A stretch of DNA of 64,000 bases from Octopus vulgaris (lineage: Eukaryota): the NCBI GenBank assembly GCA_951406725.2, contig OX597814.1, positions 200,756,001-200,820,000 on the forward strand, written 5' to 3'. Under the pieces are notes generated by a model that had not been told where the DNA came from, searched no databases, and saw only the letters and a list, made by a program, of their open reading frames with translations. The position numbers were made by a program, and so were the translations under genes. The stretch's first letter is position 1; the number at the start of each line of letters is the position of its first letter. Shown piece after piece: positions 37,790 to 51,715 of the stretch.

Positions 37790-37792
<3 letters not shown>
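36162..37792 (-). mobile_element. Full-length Tc1 (DD34E) transposon with ~224-bp IR/DR-type TIRs in (TA)n
   Basis: TA|CAGTTG...CAACTG|TA. TIRs at 36162-36385 and about 37568-37792, each with outer and inner CAAAA.G.TCAGAACGG repeats. Confidence 0.95.
36429..37449 (-). pseudogene. Tc1 transposase pseudogene
   Basis: Motifs GRPRKTT, VHFSDES, GGSVMVW, QDNAPCY-x-NPDLNPIENVW (34 residues between D and E) and HTKY. In-frame stop at 36772, plus further disruption upstream. Confidence 0.9.
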
Positions 37793-37843
<51 letters not shown>

Positions 37844-37942
37844 TCTAAAGTCCTTCTGGTGACGTTGATCGCCTGGGGCTAAAAGCATCAGTAACCCCCC
37901 CCGCAGTGGCTAGCCACATTCAGATGGCTGATACCCCTTACG

Positions 37943-37981
<39 letters not shown>

Positions 37982-39683
37982 TACATATATACGGCCACGT
38001 TCGGATGGTTTTCTTGTGTGCCACCGGCACTGGTACCACAAAGATACAAATTCCATTGATGTTCATCTATTTTGATTTGGATACATAATGTGTACATACA
38101 TACATACATGCATACACACACACATATATATATATATCATCATCATCATCATCATCTTCGTCGTCGTCATGTATATATGTATATAGGAGTAATTTCAGTA
38201 TTAAACTGAGTTGTTAACTTTATAATTTTGACAACAGAAAATTAATTGCACCTGCGACAGAATCCCTTTCCCGTGTCACCTTCTCTCCTTATGCTGCTTT
38301 TAATGGTAACAACACTATAAGTTGTAAAGGTTTAAGGAATAATTACCAAGTAATGTAATTAATAGGAACGACTGGTTGTGCAATGTTAAACTTGCAGAAG
38401 CGGTTGCTTGCAGGTGAGCTGAGAAGAACATTAACACATTGTCTACTGTATGCAGTTGATGTGATTACTTACATTCACAGACATTTAATGGAAATGTATG
38501 ATCATGCTAAACGAAAAATAAAAAGTATTTTTTGTCTATTCTTCATCACGTTTAACTATTTTATAATTTACCTCAAACAGAAAAAAAAAAAATTATATTA
38601 GTCTTTTATATCTTTTTTTTTTGGCTTCCTATTTAATTTACTTGTTAATAAATAAGTTTTCCTAGAGATATCTCCTCCCCTCCGCATCATGCTTTTTATC
38701 AAAAATTGATTTATCTATTGTTCTTCCAATTATTTGCTAATGTCTGACCTAGTACATGTGGTGAATTCTGACTTGTGTGATTTTGTTAGTTGGCAACAAA
38801 TAATTTTCATGGAAGATGCAAAGGAAAAAAAAAGCAAAAATGTTTATACCAACTTTTGATACCAACCTATCTTATATGATACAAATTTCCTGTTTTTTCT
38901 TTTGTTAAAAGCAATCTCCATTAAAATCTATTGACATTTCTTTTTAATTTATTTTCCAAACACGCTCCTCTCCGCTCTGCTGCTGCTGCCACCACTGCCG
39001 CCAACCCACCCCACCCCCATTCAACATTCACATTCCATGCTGGCATAGATTTGGATAGTTTGGCAGGTTCCAGTGGGTCCAAGTACTGCATCACTCTCCA
39101 GAGTCTGCCCTTCCTAATGCCAGCCACTTCACAACAATTACTGGATGCCTTTTATTGCAGGTGAGCTACAAAGAACATTAACACATTGTCTACTGTATGC
39201 AGTTGATGTGATTACTTACATTCACAGACATTTAATGGAAATGTATGATCATGCTAAACGAAAAATAAAAAGTATTTTTTGTCTATTTATCATTATTATT
39301 AGATAACCATTTAACTAATTAACTGATCAATTGTTTGGTTAATGAATCAAATCTGGAGCAGACATGGAGAATGGAGAGCACGTCATTGATGAGGACATGG
39401 ATGGGGGGAAAAAGGACTCTGATGAACCTGGCTGATTGATTGATTGATTGATTGACCAAATAATTAATTGTCCTCCTCATTTCTTCTCCCTTCTTCTCCC
39501 TCCTTTCTCCCCTTTCCTCATCCCTTCTTCCTCCTCCTTATACCTCCATCCTCCCTCTTCAGAGAGAGAGAGAGAGAGAGAGAGGAAGAGAGATCGAACA
39601 GTGAGGAGAGGGGACAGAGAGGAGAGAAGTGAGAGCTAGAGGAGTGAGGGAGATGTAGGAAAGGAGAAATTACAACACAATCA

Positions 39684-39684
<1 letters not shown>

Positions 39685-39759
<75 letters not shown>

Positions 39760-39820
39760 ACTACTACTACCACCACCACCACTACCACTACCACTACCAC
39801 CACTACTGCTGCTGCTGCTG

Positions 39821-39902
<82 letters not shown>

Positions 39903-40055
39903 CATTACTACTGCTGCTGCTGCTGCTGCCATTACTACTGCTACCACCACTACCACTACCTCTACCACAACCACCACCACCACCACTACTACTGCTGTTG
40001 CTGTTGCCACTACTACTACTACAACTACCACCACCACCACCACTACTACTACTAC
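39685..40055. repeat. (CTA)/(CTG)/(CCA) trinucleotide microsatellite
   Basis: Directly visible. Confidence 0.95.
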
Positions 40056-40780
40056 CAGATGTGCTTGCCAAATTCCTTTATGCTTTAAAGTGATCTAAAT
40101 TAGAATCTTCTATCAAAATTTCATGTTGTGTCCAGCAGCTTAGTTCGTAAAGTAGGAGTGCGGGCTACTAACCCCATGATTCTGAGTTCAATTCCAGGCA
40201 GTGACCTGAATAATAATAATAATAATAATAATAACATCGAAGAAAAACCTTGCCTGGAGGGTATATCAGCTGAAACATTTTGTTGGCAAAAAAAAAAACA
40301 AAAAAAACAATACGAGGACAAATATCCGTCAAGCATAAATACAAAATTGTTGGGAGGAAATTTTGGTTGGAAGTTTAATTTGGATCACTTTTAAATAGGA
40401 AGTTTGTTTCATAAAACCAGATGCAGTCACAGACAGATTAGTATTAAAAGAGTTAACAGAAATTGGACGAACATCAGAAAAGGAAGAAAAGGATGTTAAA
40501 GAGAAAATGGATATGCGCACTGAAGCTAAAATGTTGTAGTCATAATCATTGTTTAATTTTCAATGCTTGCATGGATCAGATGGAATTGCTAAGGCAGATT
40601 TTCTTTGCTGGGCCCCCTTCCTGTCACCAACCTTCACTTATTTCCTAGCAAGATAATATTTACTGACAGAAATCAGGAAATTATTGACATCACTTGTATG
40701 TGGTATCATTTGCAATCATCACATGATATTTAGACAAGGGTACACACACACACACTCATATACATACATACATACATACA

Positions 40781-40814
<34 letters not shown>

Positions 40815-42359
40815 CATATATATATTGGTGCTTATCACTATATATTAACTAGATTCCCTGTGACCCATTGGGTCACCAGGAAACTCTGAGTTTTCCTGCA
40901 ACAAAATTTTGTTTTGTGGGTTGGAAAGATTTGTCTGCTATTTCTTGCAAGCCCTACTACCATGTAACAGGTATTTCAGGTCCTTTATTGCAAATCGCTG
41001 TTATGTGGCAGCAGGGCGAGCTAGAAATAGCAGCCAAATCTTTGGGGGGAAGATGCGTTGAATGCACTAGAAAAAAACTTTTTCACACAGAGGTTACAAA
41101 CAGGTCTCTTACGAAATATCTACCATATTTTTCATCTTGAAAACTACTTTACCGATTTAAGCAAAACTTGTTTCATTCAATTCGTATTAACATTTCAGGA
41201 TAAACTTAATTCATGGTATTTTTCCATTATGCACCAGTTTTGCTGAGTAATATTACATGCAGGCAAGCAAGATTGAAACTGACTTTTAATGTATTATAGA
41301 CAACCACTCTTTGAGTAGTTGGCACTAGGAAGGACATCAAGCTGTAGAAACCATGCCAAATCAGATTGGAACCTAGTACAGCCCTCCCCACCTGCTTACC
41401 AGTTTTCAGCCAAACTGTTAAAACCATGCCAGCATAGAAAACGAATATTAAATGAAGATGATGATGATTATATTATACACACACACACACACACACACAC
41501 ACATATGAGGAGGCCCAGGACAATTGTAGAAGACACTTGCCCAAAGTGCCATGCAGTGGGACTGAACCTGAAACTACATGGTTGGAAAGCAAATTTCTTG
41601 ATCACACAGTCATGTCTATGCTTATGTATGATAATTAAAGATACTAATGATTACCACAACACTACCAGTAATTATGAGTGTAACACTCATTTTAGTAGGT
41701 TAGCACTTAAATTAAAGAACAGGTGGTAGCTTCAAAGTGTTTACTTAAAGACAACCAAAAAAGGATTTTTTCATATTATTGTATTTGTATTTGGTCTAAT
41801 TTCAGCTGAAATTTATCAAAACGAAGATAATCCTTCTAATCAGAATAGACATTTTAGATATTGAAGCAATTTTCAGCTTGAAATTAAGGATGGAAAGATA
41901 ATTGCGCTAGCAAGAAAACTAAACATGTTGCCAAAGTCTTGCATGACAAGGAAACCTCAAGAGTCTTGGTCAATTTAAATATATGCATGTATTCCAGTGT
42001 GAGCATATCTTTGTATGCAAGTGTGTGTAAATCAACCTGCATTGAATATTAAAGTATATTTTGCACAAATATTGATTAAGAATGAGTGTTTGCATGTGAA
42101 GGTGTGTGGTCTAGAGGCTATGACATTGGGTTCATTAGCATAAAGGCCTGATTTCTATTTCCAGACCAGGCAGTGCATTGTGTCTTTGTGTAAACCACTT
42201 TGATTTTGGTTGTTCTGATATACTCAACTGTAAAACAGTACCAGCCTAGTGCTGACACATCCCCTTCTCTACCCATATATTCCACTTGCTCAAAGAATGT
42301 GAGGGCTGAAAAGGTGTCCATGTCTACTTGCATCACATAGGCACCTAAACAATTAGTAA

Positions 42360-42872
42360 AAGCATGCTGATTCCATGTAAAAAGCACTGGTGTTGGTGCC
42401 ATGTAAAAAAGTTCTGGTCATGGTTCCACATAAGAAGTACTGGTGATGGTGCTGTGTGAAAAGCTGGTGCCACATAAAAAGCTCTGGTCATGGTGCCATG
42501 TAAAAAGCTCTGGTCATTGTACCACATGAAAGTGATGGTGCCGTGTAAAAAGCCCCAGTGCTGGTGCCATGTAAAAAACTCTGGTCATGGTGCCACATAA
42601 AAAGTACTGGTGATGGTACCATGTAAGAAGCACTGGTGCTACATAAAAAGTACTGGTGATGGTGCACTGGAGCTGGAACCACATAAAAAGCACCCAGCAC
42701 ACTCTGTAAAGGGATTAGTGTTAGGAAGGGCACTCAGCCATTGAAAGCAAGCCAAAACAGACAACGGAACTTGGTGTGACTCCTGTCTTTTCCAGCTCTA
42801 GTCAAACCATCCAACCCATACCAGAATGGAAAACAGACATTAAATGATGATGATGATGATGATGATGATGAT
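42360..42872 (+). mobile_element. RTE 3' UTR repeat with expanded ~26-bp minisatellite
   Basis: Units like GCACTGGTGATGGTGCCATGTAAAAA at 42370-42690, followed by the family E tail. Confidence 0.75.
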
Positions 42873-43219
42873 GCAAGACACCATGTCAAGCTTGCTTGCA
42901 AGTGATGACTATGGATGATGTGCTGGTTATTGGCATGCATTCGAAAGAGTGTGTGTGAGATTACATGTTAACTAACACATGTAATTTATATAATTTTGTC
43001 TGCATCTGTCTTCCTGAAGTTCTCTCTATACAACTCTAAAACCTTTTTAAAATTTTCAGTATTTGAATAATTAGGGATGTATAAATCAATTTCTTTTTGG
43101 ATTTACATCTTTAATAAACACTATTCCTGACTTGTTTATATTTTAGCTGAACTATTCAGAGTTTGTGTTATGATGTTTTCTTTTTACATGATTTAGCAGT
43201 GTGTACAGTAAGCTCAATA

Positions 43220-43700
43220 TCATCATCACCACTACCACCACCACCACAGCCACCCCACCACCACCACAGCCACCCCACCACCACCACCACCACCACCACC
43301 ATCACCATCACCATCACCAGCAGCAGCAGCAGCAGCAGCAGCACCACCACCACCACCACCACCACCACCACCAGCAGCAGCACCACCACCACCACCACAA
43401 CCACAACCACCACCACCACCACCACCACGACCACAACCACAACCACCACCACCAGCATCACCACTGCCACCACCACTGCCAACGCCACCACAACCACCAC
43501 CACCACCACCACCACCACCACCACCACCACTGCCACAAGCACCACGACCACCACGACCACCACCATCACCACGACCACGACCACGACCACGACCACCAAC
43601 GCCGCCGCCGCCACCGCCACCACCACCACCACCACCACAAGCATCACCACCATAACCACCACCAACATCACCACTGCCGCCACCACCACCACCATTATTT
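43220..43700. repeat. (CAC)n/(CAG)n microsatellite
   Basis: Directly visible. Explains the poly-T/H/V ORFs. Confidence 0.95.
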
Positions 43701-44319
43701 CTGGCCTTGTGCCAAAATTTGAAACCATTATTATTATTATGATTATTGTTGTTGTTGTTGTTATGCTATCATTAACAGAGAGTAGGGAACTGACAGAATT
43801 ATTAGAATGCCAGACAAAAACACTTAGTGGCATTTCTTCCAACTTAGCGTTCTTCATTCAATACCATCAGGGTCAACTTTGGCTTTAATCCTTCCAACTC
43901 AAACAGTGTTGAAAACGCTGTAAAACAGTGATGATAACATTGATGATGATGATGAGGAGGATGATGATGATTATCATGATGTGTTTGTTTCACTTTTAGA
44001 ACTATTTAAATCCTCCAAATAGCAGCAACAATAGAAAACCCTTCAGAGAAGTTCAACATCTTTAACTCTTGATTGCTAATGCCTTCAGTGTCAAAATACA
44101 TTTAATATAAGGAGCAATTCAAAACCCTTACTATATTATCGATCTTGTAGTCATGGTACCATTTGCATTTGAATATACAAATTAATGTTGGAACATGTAA
44201 ATCTAGATACCAGAATTACTAAAAGTTAATAATATATTTCTTGAACTGAATTTTTATGCTTTTTGAATTCCACTCTTACAGAGCTTGGTTCCTACAGATA
44301 TACATACATAATGACTAGT

Positions 44320-44936
44320 GACTGGGACCTTTGGAAATATGCTACGCTTGAGAAGACTCAGCAAGCCCAAGTGAGACCATAACCTCGTGGCCTATGCCAG
44401 GGGTGTAACCAGCTCTGCTTGCGAAGACCTATTGAGGCAAGGGCAATTGAAATCGAAATCAAATTCGATGATTGGCATTCGTGCTAGTGGAGCGCTAAGA
44501 GTTCCATACGAGTGTGATCGTTGCCAGAGCAACAAGGTGGCCTCCGTGTCAGTGGCACATAAAAAACACCATTTGAGCATGATCATTACCTGCATCACCT
44601 TACTGGCACTTGTGCTGGAGGCACAGAAAAAAAAAAACATTTGAATGAGGTTGTTGCCAGTGCCACTGGACTGGCTCCTGTGCAGGTGGCACATAAAAAG
44701 CACCATTTGAGCGTGGCAGTTGCCAGTACTGCCTGACTGGCCCTCATGCTGGTGGCACGTAAAAGCACCCACTACACTCTTGGATTGGTTGACATTAGGA
44801 AGGGCATCCAACTATAGAAACTCTACCAGATCAGATTGGAGTCTGGTGCAGCAATCTGGTTTGTCAGACCTCAGTCAAATCGTCCAACCCATGCTAGCAT
44901 GGAAAGCAGATGTTAAACGATGATGATGATGATGAT
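44320..44936 (+). mobile_element. RTE LINE 3' fragment (family E)
   Basis: End of ORF (GACCTTTGGAAATATGCT), 3' UTR and (GAT)n tail, as in the 15943 copy. Confidence 0.8.
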
Positions 44937-45008
44937 ATATGTATATATGTAACATACAATGTGTATGTCTATTGAACTATATAAGCCATTGATACAAATT
45001 AATAATTT

Positions 45009-47550
45009 ATTCTTGGTCATATTTACATTTATGATTTTGAGAGAACCTAGTCTAATCTTATAGATTTCTGATCTCGGCTCAAATCAATATTGATTATGCA
45101 ACACAAATCATGTCGTCTACTTTTTACATGTACCAAAGACAACCAATACATGAAATTTACAAAGAATGTGGCAGAGGTCAAAAGAAAACAAAACTTTAGT
45201 TGTTACTTATCTGAACTTGGTATTTATCATTAAATATACTTCAATTCATGTGTAACAATGATTACAAACACAAGAAATATGGTAGGGGTTCTGACTGTCA
45301 TTTCAGACTACTGAGAAATTTAACAGTCAAGGGTCAAAGAACTTAGACTCCTTTAAAAGGTCAAGGCTGGAATGCTTATGATTATCTATCTGTTCAACTA
45401 GTGATGACATTAAGGCTATGCAACAAAAACAATCATAAAACACATTATCTATTCTTGAATGTCATGTGATTTCCATTCAAAATATTTCTTAAATTATTTT
45501 GTACCGCCTTACTGGCACTTGTGCTCGTGCTAGTAGAGTGCCAAAAGCACCATCTGAATGTGATCGTTGCCAGAGCAGCCAACTGGCTTCCTTCCGGGCT
45601 GGTAGCATGTAAAAGGGCACCATTCGAGCATGATCATTACCAACGTTGCATTATTGGCACCTGTGCTGGTGGCATGTGTAAAAAGATTCGAGTAAGGTCG
45701 TTGCCAGTACCGCCTGACTGGCCCCTGTGACGGTGGCACATAAAAAGCACCCACTACACTCTCAGAGTGGTTGGTGTTAGGAAGGGCATCCAGCTGTAGA
45801 AACTCTACCAGATCAAGATTGGAGCCTGGTGCAGCCATCTGGTTCACCAGCCCTCAGTCAAAATTGCCCAACCCATGCTAGCATGGAAAGCGGACGTTAA
45901 ACGATGAATGTCCTTGAGCAAGGCACATAATTCCACATTATTCCAGTCTCCTCTGCTGAAGATGAGTACTAACCAACCGTTGGTGCAAACAATTCCTTCT
46001 TCTAGCTGTCACAATCTCAATGTTCCACTAGATCGAGGATGTAAGGGGCAAGAGGATGTCTTACGTCTGCTCACAATTACACAAATATTAAAAACAATTT
46101 ATGAAAGCAGGATACAAGCTACCATATCACTGAATTGCATGTGATGGCTAAACTTATTTTTGACAATGTCTAATTTCTGTTTTGCTTCTTGATTAGTTTA
46201 AGAAGATTTAGACTTAAAACTTTACATCCATACTGCAGAAAATTGTGCAGATATTTTTGTGTCAATTTCCTTAGCTATTGAATGCAAATATACTCGTATA
46301 CCACACTTTTCCTCAGTTGCATATTTATTCATTGTGCTACACATTAATCTTCTTAATATCCAGTAAAACCTGAATATTATTTCTGCATAATAGAATATTA
46401 TGTTAACCAAAGTGGATTAAACTACTACGTAAGAGTTGCTTATAAAATTTGAAATTTATACTCATCCAACTTTAACTTGTTATAGCTAAAGGAATATAGA
46501 ATATGTTCAATATTATGTAACAGTTGGAATGCGTAAATATTTTAGATTGGAGCAAGTGGATTCTGAGCCTTTTCCAATAATTATTTATCGATTATATTTC
46601 AGTAAATAGTAATTAGATATCAAATTTGGTGCCTGTTCCTTTGGTCACTTGCCAGACTCAGAATTTCAAATGAAAATAATCCTTTAAATCTGATAAATAG
46701 CATAGCACACCTTGAATATAATTTATAAACTATGTCTTTAATAGTAACATTTATTAATAAATAGTATTTCATAAGTTATGTGGCCCCTTTATTATATCAC
46801 TGTTTGAAGAAGTTCCTGGATTATATTAGAATGTCTCTGCTACTGCTATATAATTAATAGCCTCTGAGAATCGTATTTATATCAAAGCAGATGAAAATGA
46901 AATTCATGGTTGTAAATGAAATTCATCGCTGTAATTATTATATAATACATGGCTGCAATCTTCTGGTTGGAACCGGTAAAATAATATGAATCCATTTGTT
47001 GGCAATGGACTTCTTACTGATTAATAATTCAAATTTTTTCAATGATTTTATTGCTTTGATTCATGAATACAAATAGCAGATAATTACTGACAAATGTAAT
47101 GGGTGAAAAAACATCTTTGTTATATTATTTACAAAACATTTGTGGTGGCCGATTACAATGCTACACAGCACTTAGTAGTGATTGTTTATGTTCTGAGTTC
47201 AAATCCCACTGGTTTTAACTTTGTTTCCCATATACTTTGAGGGAGATAACAAATGAACTACAAGTTAAATACCAGGTTGTTTTAATCACTTACAATATCC
47301 CACTGAATTATATGATCACCAGCACCTTTATCTTCTTTCCAGCTACTCCCACCCACCCCTATGTAATGTGGGCTACCCATGTATCTCTTCTACAGCAAGA
47401 CAACATCATATAAGACTGTTAATAAAGTAGTGACTGTAAAATTTCTCCATTATCCTGAGGTACCATTAACAAACCAAACGTGATAATTTCACAAATAATA
47501 TATTCTTTAAAAGAAAAAAGAATATTGAAATTATTTTGTAATTTTTATTC

Positions 47551-47605
<55 letters not shown>

Positions 47606-48523
47606 CAAGGCGGCAAGCTGGCAGAATCGTGGGCATGCTGGACAAAATGCTCAGCAGTATTTCATCCGTCTTTACAATCTCTCTATCCTACTTTAGCCTA
47701 TCAACACCTGGCATAAAGCCACCTCCCTGTCAACTACAATTCCACTTAGTTGAGGGGTCATCTTCTTTTTCTTTGTCTTGCAAATTATTTAGTAGTCTCA
47801 CAAGTGCTACTCTCATCTAAAAAGCACATAGTATACTCAGTAAAGTGTTTGGTATTATGGAAGCTCTCCGTCGGTTACGACGACGAGGGTTCCGGTTGAT
47901 CCGATCAACGGAACAGCCTGCTCGTGAAATTAACGTGTAAGTGGCTGAGCACTCCACAGACATGTGTGTGTTTGGTATTAAGAAGGAAAACCACGTCAAA
48001 GCAGACATTGAAGCTTGATGCAGTCCTTCTGCTGGTCAGATTCTGTCACTTGCTCATCATCATATATATATAGATAATGCATTTTATGATTGTTTTTGTT
48101 GCATAGCCTTAATGTCATCACTAGTTGAACAGATAGATAATCATAAGCATTCCAGCCTTGACCTTTTAAAGGAGTTTAAGTTCTTTGACCCTTGACTGTT
48201 AAATTTCTCAGTAGTCTGAAATGAAAGTCAGAAGCCCTACCATATTTCTTGTGTTTGTAATCATTGTTACACATGAATTGAAGTATATTTAATGATAAAT
48301 ACCAAGTTCAGGTAGGTAACAACTTAAGTTTTGTTTTCTTTTGACCTCTGCCACATTCTTTGTAAATTTCATATAAACATTAGTATTGGTTGTCTTTGGT
48401 ACATGTAAAAAGTTGACGACATGATTTGTGTTGCATAATCAATATTGATTTGAGCCAAGATCAGAAATCTATAAGATTAGACTAGGTTCTCTCAAAATCC
48501 TAAATGTAAATATGACCAAGAAT
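45009..48523. repeat. Long inverted duplication: 45009-45452 and 48070-48523
   Basis: The arms of about 445 bp are reverse complements with few substitutions and one ~12-bp indel. Spacer about 2.6 kb. Confidence 0.9.
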
Positions 48524-49003
48524 CATCATCATCATCATCGTTTAGCGTCTGTTTTCCATGCTAGCATGGGTTGGACGGGTCAACTGGGGTCTGTGAAGCT
48601 GGAAGGCTTCGTCAGGCCCAGTCAGATATGGCAGTGTTTCTACGGCTGGATGCCCTTCCTAACGCCAACCACTCCGCGAGTGTAGTGGGTGTTTTTTATG
48701 TGCCACCTGCACAGGTGCCAGACAGAGCTGGCGAACGGCCACGAACGGATGGTGCTTTTACCTGTCACCGGCACGGGGCCAGGCGATGCTGGCAACGGAC
48801 ACGAACGGATGGTGCTTTTACGTGCCACCGACACGGGTCCAGACAGAGCTGGCAACCGGCCACGAACGGACGGTGCTTTTACGTGTCACCGGCACGGGGG
48901 CCAGCCGAGGCTGGCAACGGACGCGAACGGATGGTGCTTTTATGTGCCACCGACACGGTTGCCAGACAGAGCTGGCAAACGGCCACGAGCGGACGGTGCT
49001 TTT
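48522..49003 (-). mobile_element. RTE 3' UTR repeat with ~57-bp tandem units
   Basis: Reverse complement of 16690-16996, with repeated GGCAACGG..ACGAACGGATGGTGCTTTT units. Confidence 0.85.
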
Positions 49004-49085
49004 GTATCAATGGCTTATATAGTTCAATAGACATACACATTGTATGTTACATATATATATATATATACTTTATTTAAAGCAGCAG

Positions 49086-49214
49086 AAAATTCAACAAAAC
49101 CTGTTTCTCTGAGTTTCCCGTTGCCATTCATCGGACAGTTTTTGCTAGATTCTAGCAAAAACTGTCCGATGAATGGCAACGGGAAACTCAGAGTAACAGG
49201 ATTTGTTGAATTTT
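49086..49214. repeat. 64-bp-arm palindrome containing two divergent hammerhead motifs
   Basis: Centre T at 49150. Plus strand 49162-49199: CTGT-CCGATGA-ATGGCAACGG-GAA-A-CTCAGAG-T-A-ACAG. Mirror copy on the minus strand at 49101-49138. Confidence 0.85.
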
Positions 49215-49560
49215 TATTCATATTACTCTACCACTGGTATTTGAGTACTCTTTTTTCCACCTTGTTTCACATTTATGTATTTACTCCGGTATATATATAT
49301 ATATATATATATATAGTTCTGTGGGCATCATATATATATATATACATATATGATGCCCACAGAACACTCTGTAATGAACATGGTGATAGGCTGGGCATCC
49401 AGCCCATAAAGCTAAGCCGAATGACACACATATGAAGCACCACTCTGTGGGAGCAGTGGCTGTGATGATTCATAAAAGGATGATGATGATGATGATGATG
49501 ATGGTAATCATCCGGATCATGAAGATCATGATCACGATCAAGACAATGATGATGATGACA

Positions 49561-49600
<40 letters not shown>

Positions 49601-49670
49601 CAGTGATGATATAAGCAATACACTAAAACTTATGTTTATCCATTTAAAATACTTCGTTGTAATATTTACC

Positions 49671-49712
<42 letters not shown>

Positions 49713-50214
49713 CACACACAAAGATAAACAAAACTGCTGAAAACTGGAGTTGATAACAAAAATCACAGTTATTAAAATTTCAGATTATAAGCAATTGCTT
49801 TCAAATAAATTAATTACTTATTTGAAATTATAAGTATTTATCACATTTTTAATGCACTTATTGAATTTCTGCATTGCTTCTTTTGGCTGGTTTCTTCTCT
49901 CAAGATATACTTATGCAGTTTGATTGTGATCAACATATTCTTCATAACAGAATTAAATGATTTTTGATAGACAAGTTATTCTCACTTCTCTCTCCATTCT
50001 ATCTTCAGAATTCATTTTTATCATATACTAATTTCTTTACATTAAGTATTAATATATTTACATTTAAAGTATTGAAGAAAAATCAGCTCAAAATGTTACA
50101 AGAGCCACTCACATCAATAAAATCAATACATACTTGATTTACAGATTTTTTTTTTTAATGCATACCATGGATACATGGAAGATGGATGTTAAACAACGAT
50201 GACAATCATTATAC

Positions 50215-50250
50215 TAATGATGATGATGATGATGATGATGATGATGGTGG

Positions 50251-50291
<41 letters not shown>

Positions 50292-50343
50292 TTGTTGTTG
50301 TTGATGATGAAGATGATGATGATGGTGGTGATGATGATGATGG

Positions 50344-50375
<32 letters not shown>

Positions 50376-50463
50376 GTAATGATGATGATGTTGTTGTTGT
50401 TGTTGACGATGATGATGATGATGATGATGGTAATGATGATGATGTTGTTGTTGTTGTTGTTGT

Positions 50464-50495
<32 letters not shown>

Positions 50496-50630
50496 GTAAT
50501 GATGATGATGTTGTTGTTGTTGTTGTTGTTGACGACGATGACGATGATGATGATGATGATGGTAATGATGATGATGTTGTTGTTGTTGTTGTTGTTGACG
50601 ATGATGATAATGATGATGATGACGATGATG
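50215..50630. repeat. (GAT)n/(GTT)n compound microsatellite with higher-order unit
   Basis: The block GGTAAT(GAT)3(GTT)n recurs four times. Confidence 0.95.
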
Positions 50631-51464
50631 ACACTTTGAACTGAAATCAAAACACATTACAAATTGAAACCGGAATAAGAAAATGAATTAACCTAACGAC
50701 ATTCTAATTTGGATGAAGACAATAAATTAACCAGTGATGAATTGACCTGGCAACAAATTGACCTGGCAACTAATTGACCAATGACAATGAATTGTATGGT
50801 GACAAATCATCTGTTGACTAATTGTCCTGGCATCCACACATCAATGGTCTCCTCCATTTTCTCCCTTATCTGTAAAACATTCTTCTCACTGAAAACACCA
50901 CTTAGTTCCAACTGTTTTTGTCATACACTTTATAAATTTAACATGTTTTCAATGTAAAACATTACATTCGCTAAACTTTTGTCTTTCTTATTTCTCTCTC
51001 TTTTTCAGTGGGAAGGACCACATGGGTCTTTACTTGTTTATTTATATTTTTGTGTCTCGTTTTCTTTTTTTGCACCTAAAATCATCCTTCAGAATTAAAT
51101 CTATCACCAGAAATTAAAACTACCATCTCAAAGTAAAGCCTAACACTTGAAATTAAATCTCCCTAAAAAGAAAAAAAAAATTTAAAAAAGCTTCTAGTTT
51201 ATCTCTTAAAGTTAAGTTTACCATTCTTTGAGACTTTTAGGGAAAAGAAACTTTTAAGTACTAAATCACTCCAAATGTTTTTTTGTATCTATGTATGAAC
51301 AACAAAAAAGCTAAAACTTTTGTGCATTGCATATATAAAAACCTTGTTAGTTATCTTCAAGGAAAATTCAGCTGTTTTATTTAACAAAGATTCAATCACC
51401 CTTTTACGATAATGAGTACAGAAACTTGTTTGAGATTTTTGATAAAAAAATATTTATTCTTATT

Positions 51465-51679
51465 CTCTTTTACTCTTTTACTTGTTTCAGTCATTTGACT
51501 GCGGCCATGCTGGAGCACCGCCTTTAGTCGAGCAACTCGACCCCGGGACTTATTCTTTGTAAGCCCAGTACTTATTCTATCGGTCTCTTTTGCCAAACCG
51601 CTAAGTGACGGGGATGTAAACACACCAGCATCGGTTGTCAAGCAATGCTAGGGGGACAAACACAGACACACAAACACAT

Positions 51680-51715
<36 letters not shown>

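Noticed and set aside
40398-40538. Protein-like frame EVCFIKPDAVTDRLVLKELTEIGRTSEKEEKDVKEKMDMRTEAKML* after an AG
   Set aside because: Could be an exon or a transposon relic, but no identifiable domain. Needs RNA-seq or BLAST.
43163-43888. 241-aa Thr-rich mucin-like ORF with hydrophobic end
   Set aside because: Made of (CAC)n and (ATT/GTT)n microsatellites plus a SINE remnant, and open in several frames.
46140-47150. Candidate host exons in the unique AT-rich block
   Set aside because: Only short frames, with no recognisable protein motif or convincing splice-site pair.
50735-50835. 15-bp repeats AATTGACCTGGCAAC as a regulatory array
   Set aside because: Few degenerate units, most likely subterminal repeats of a decayed DNA transposon.
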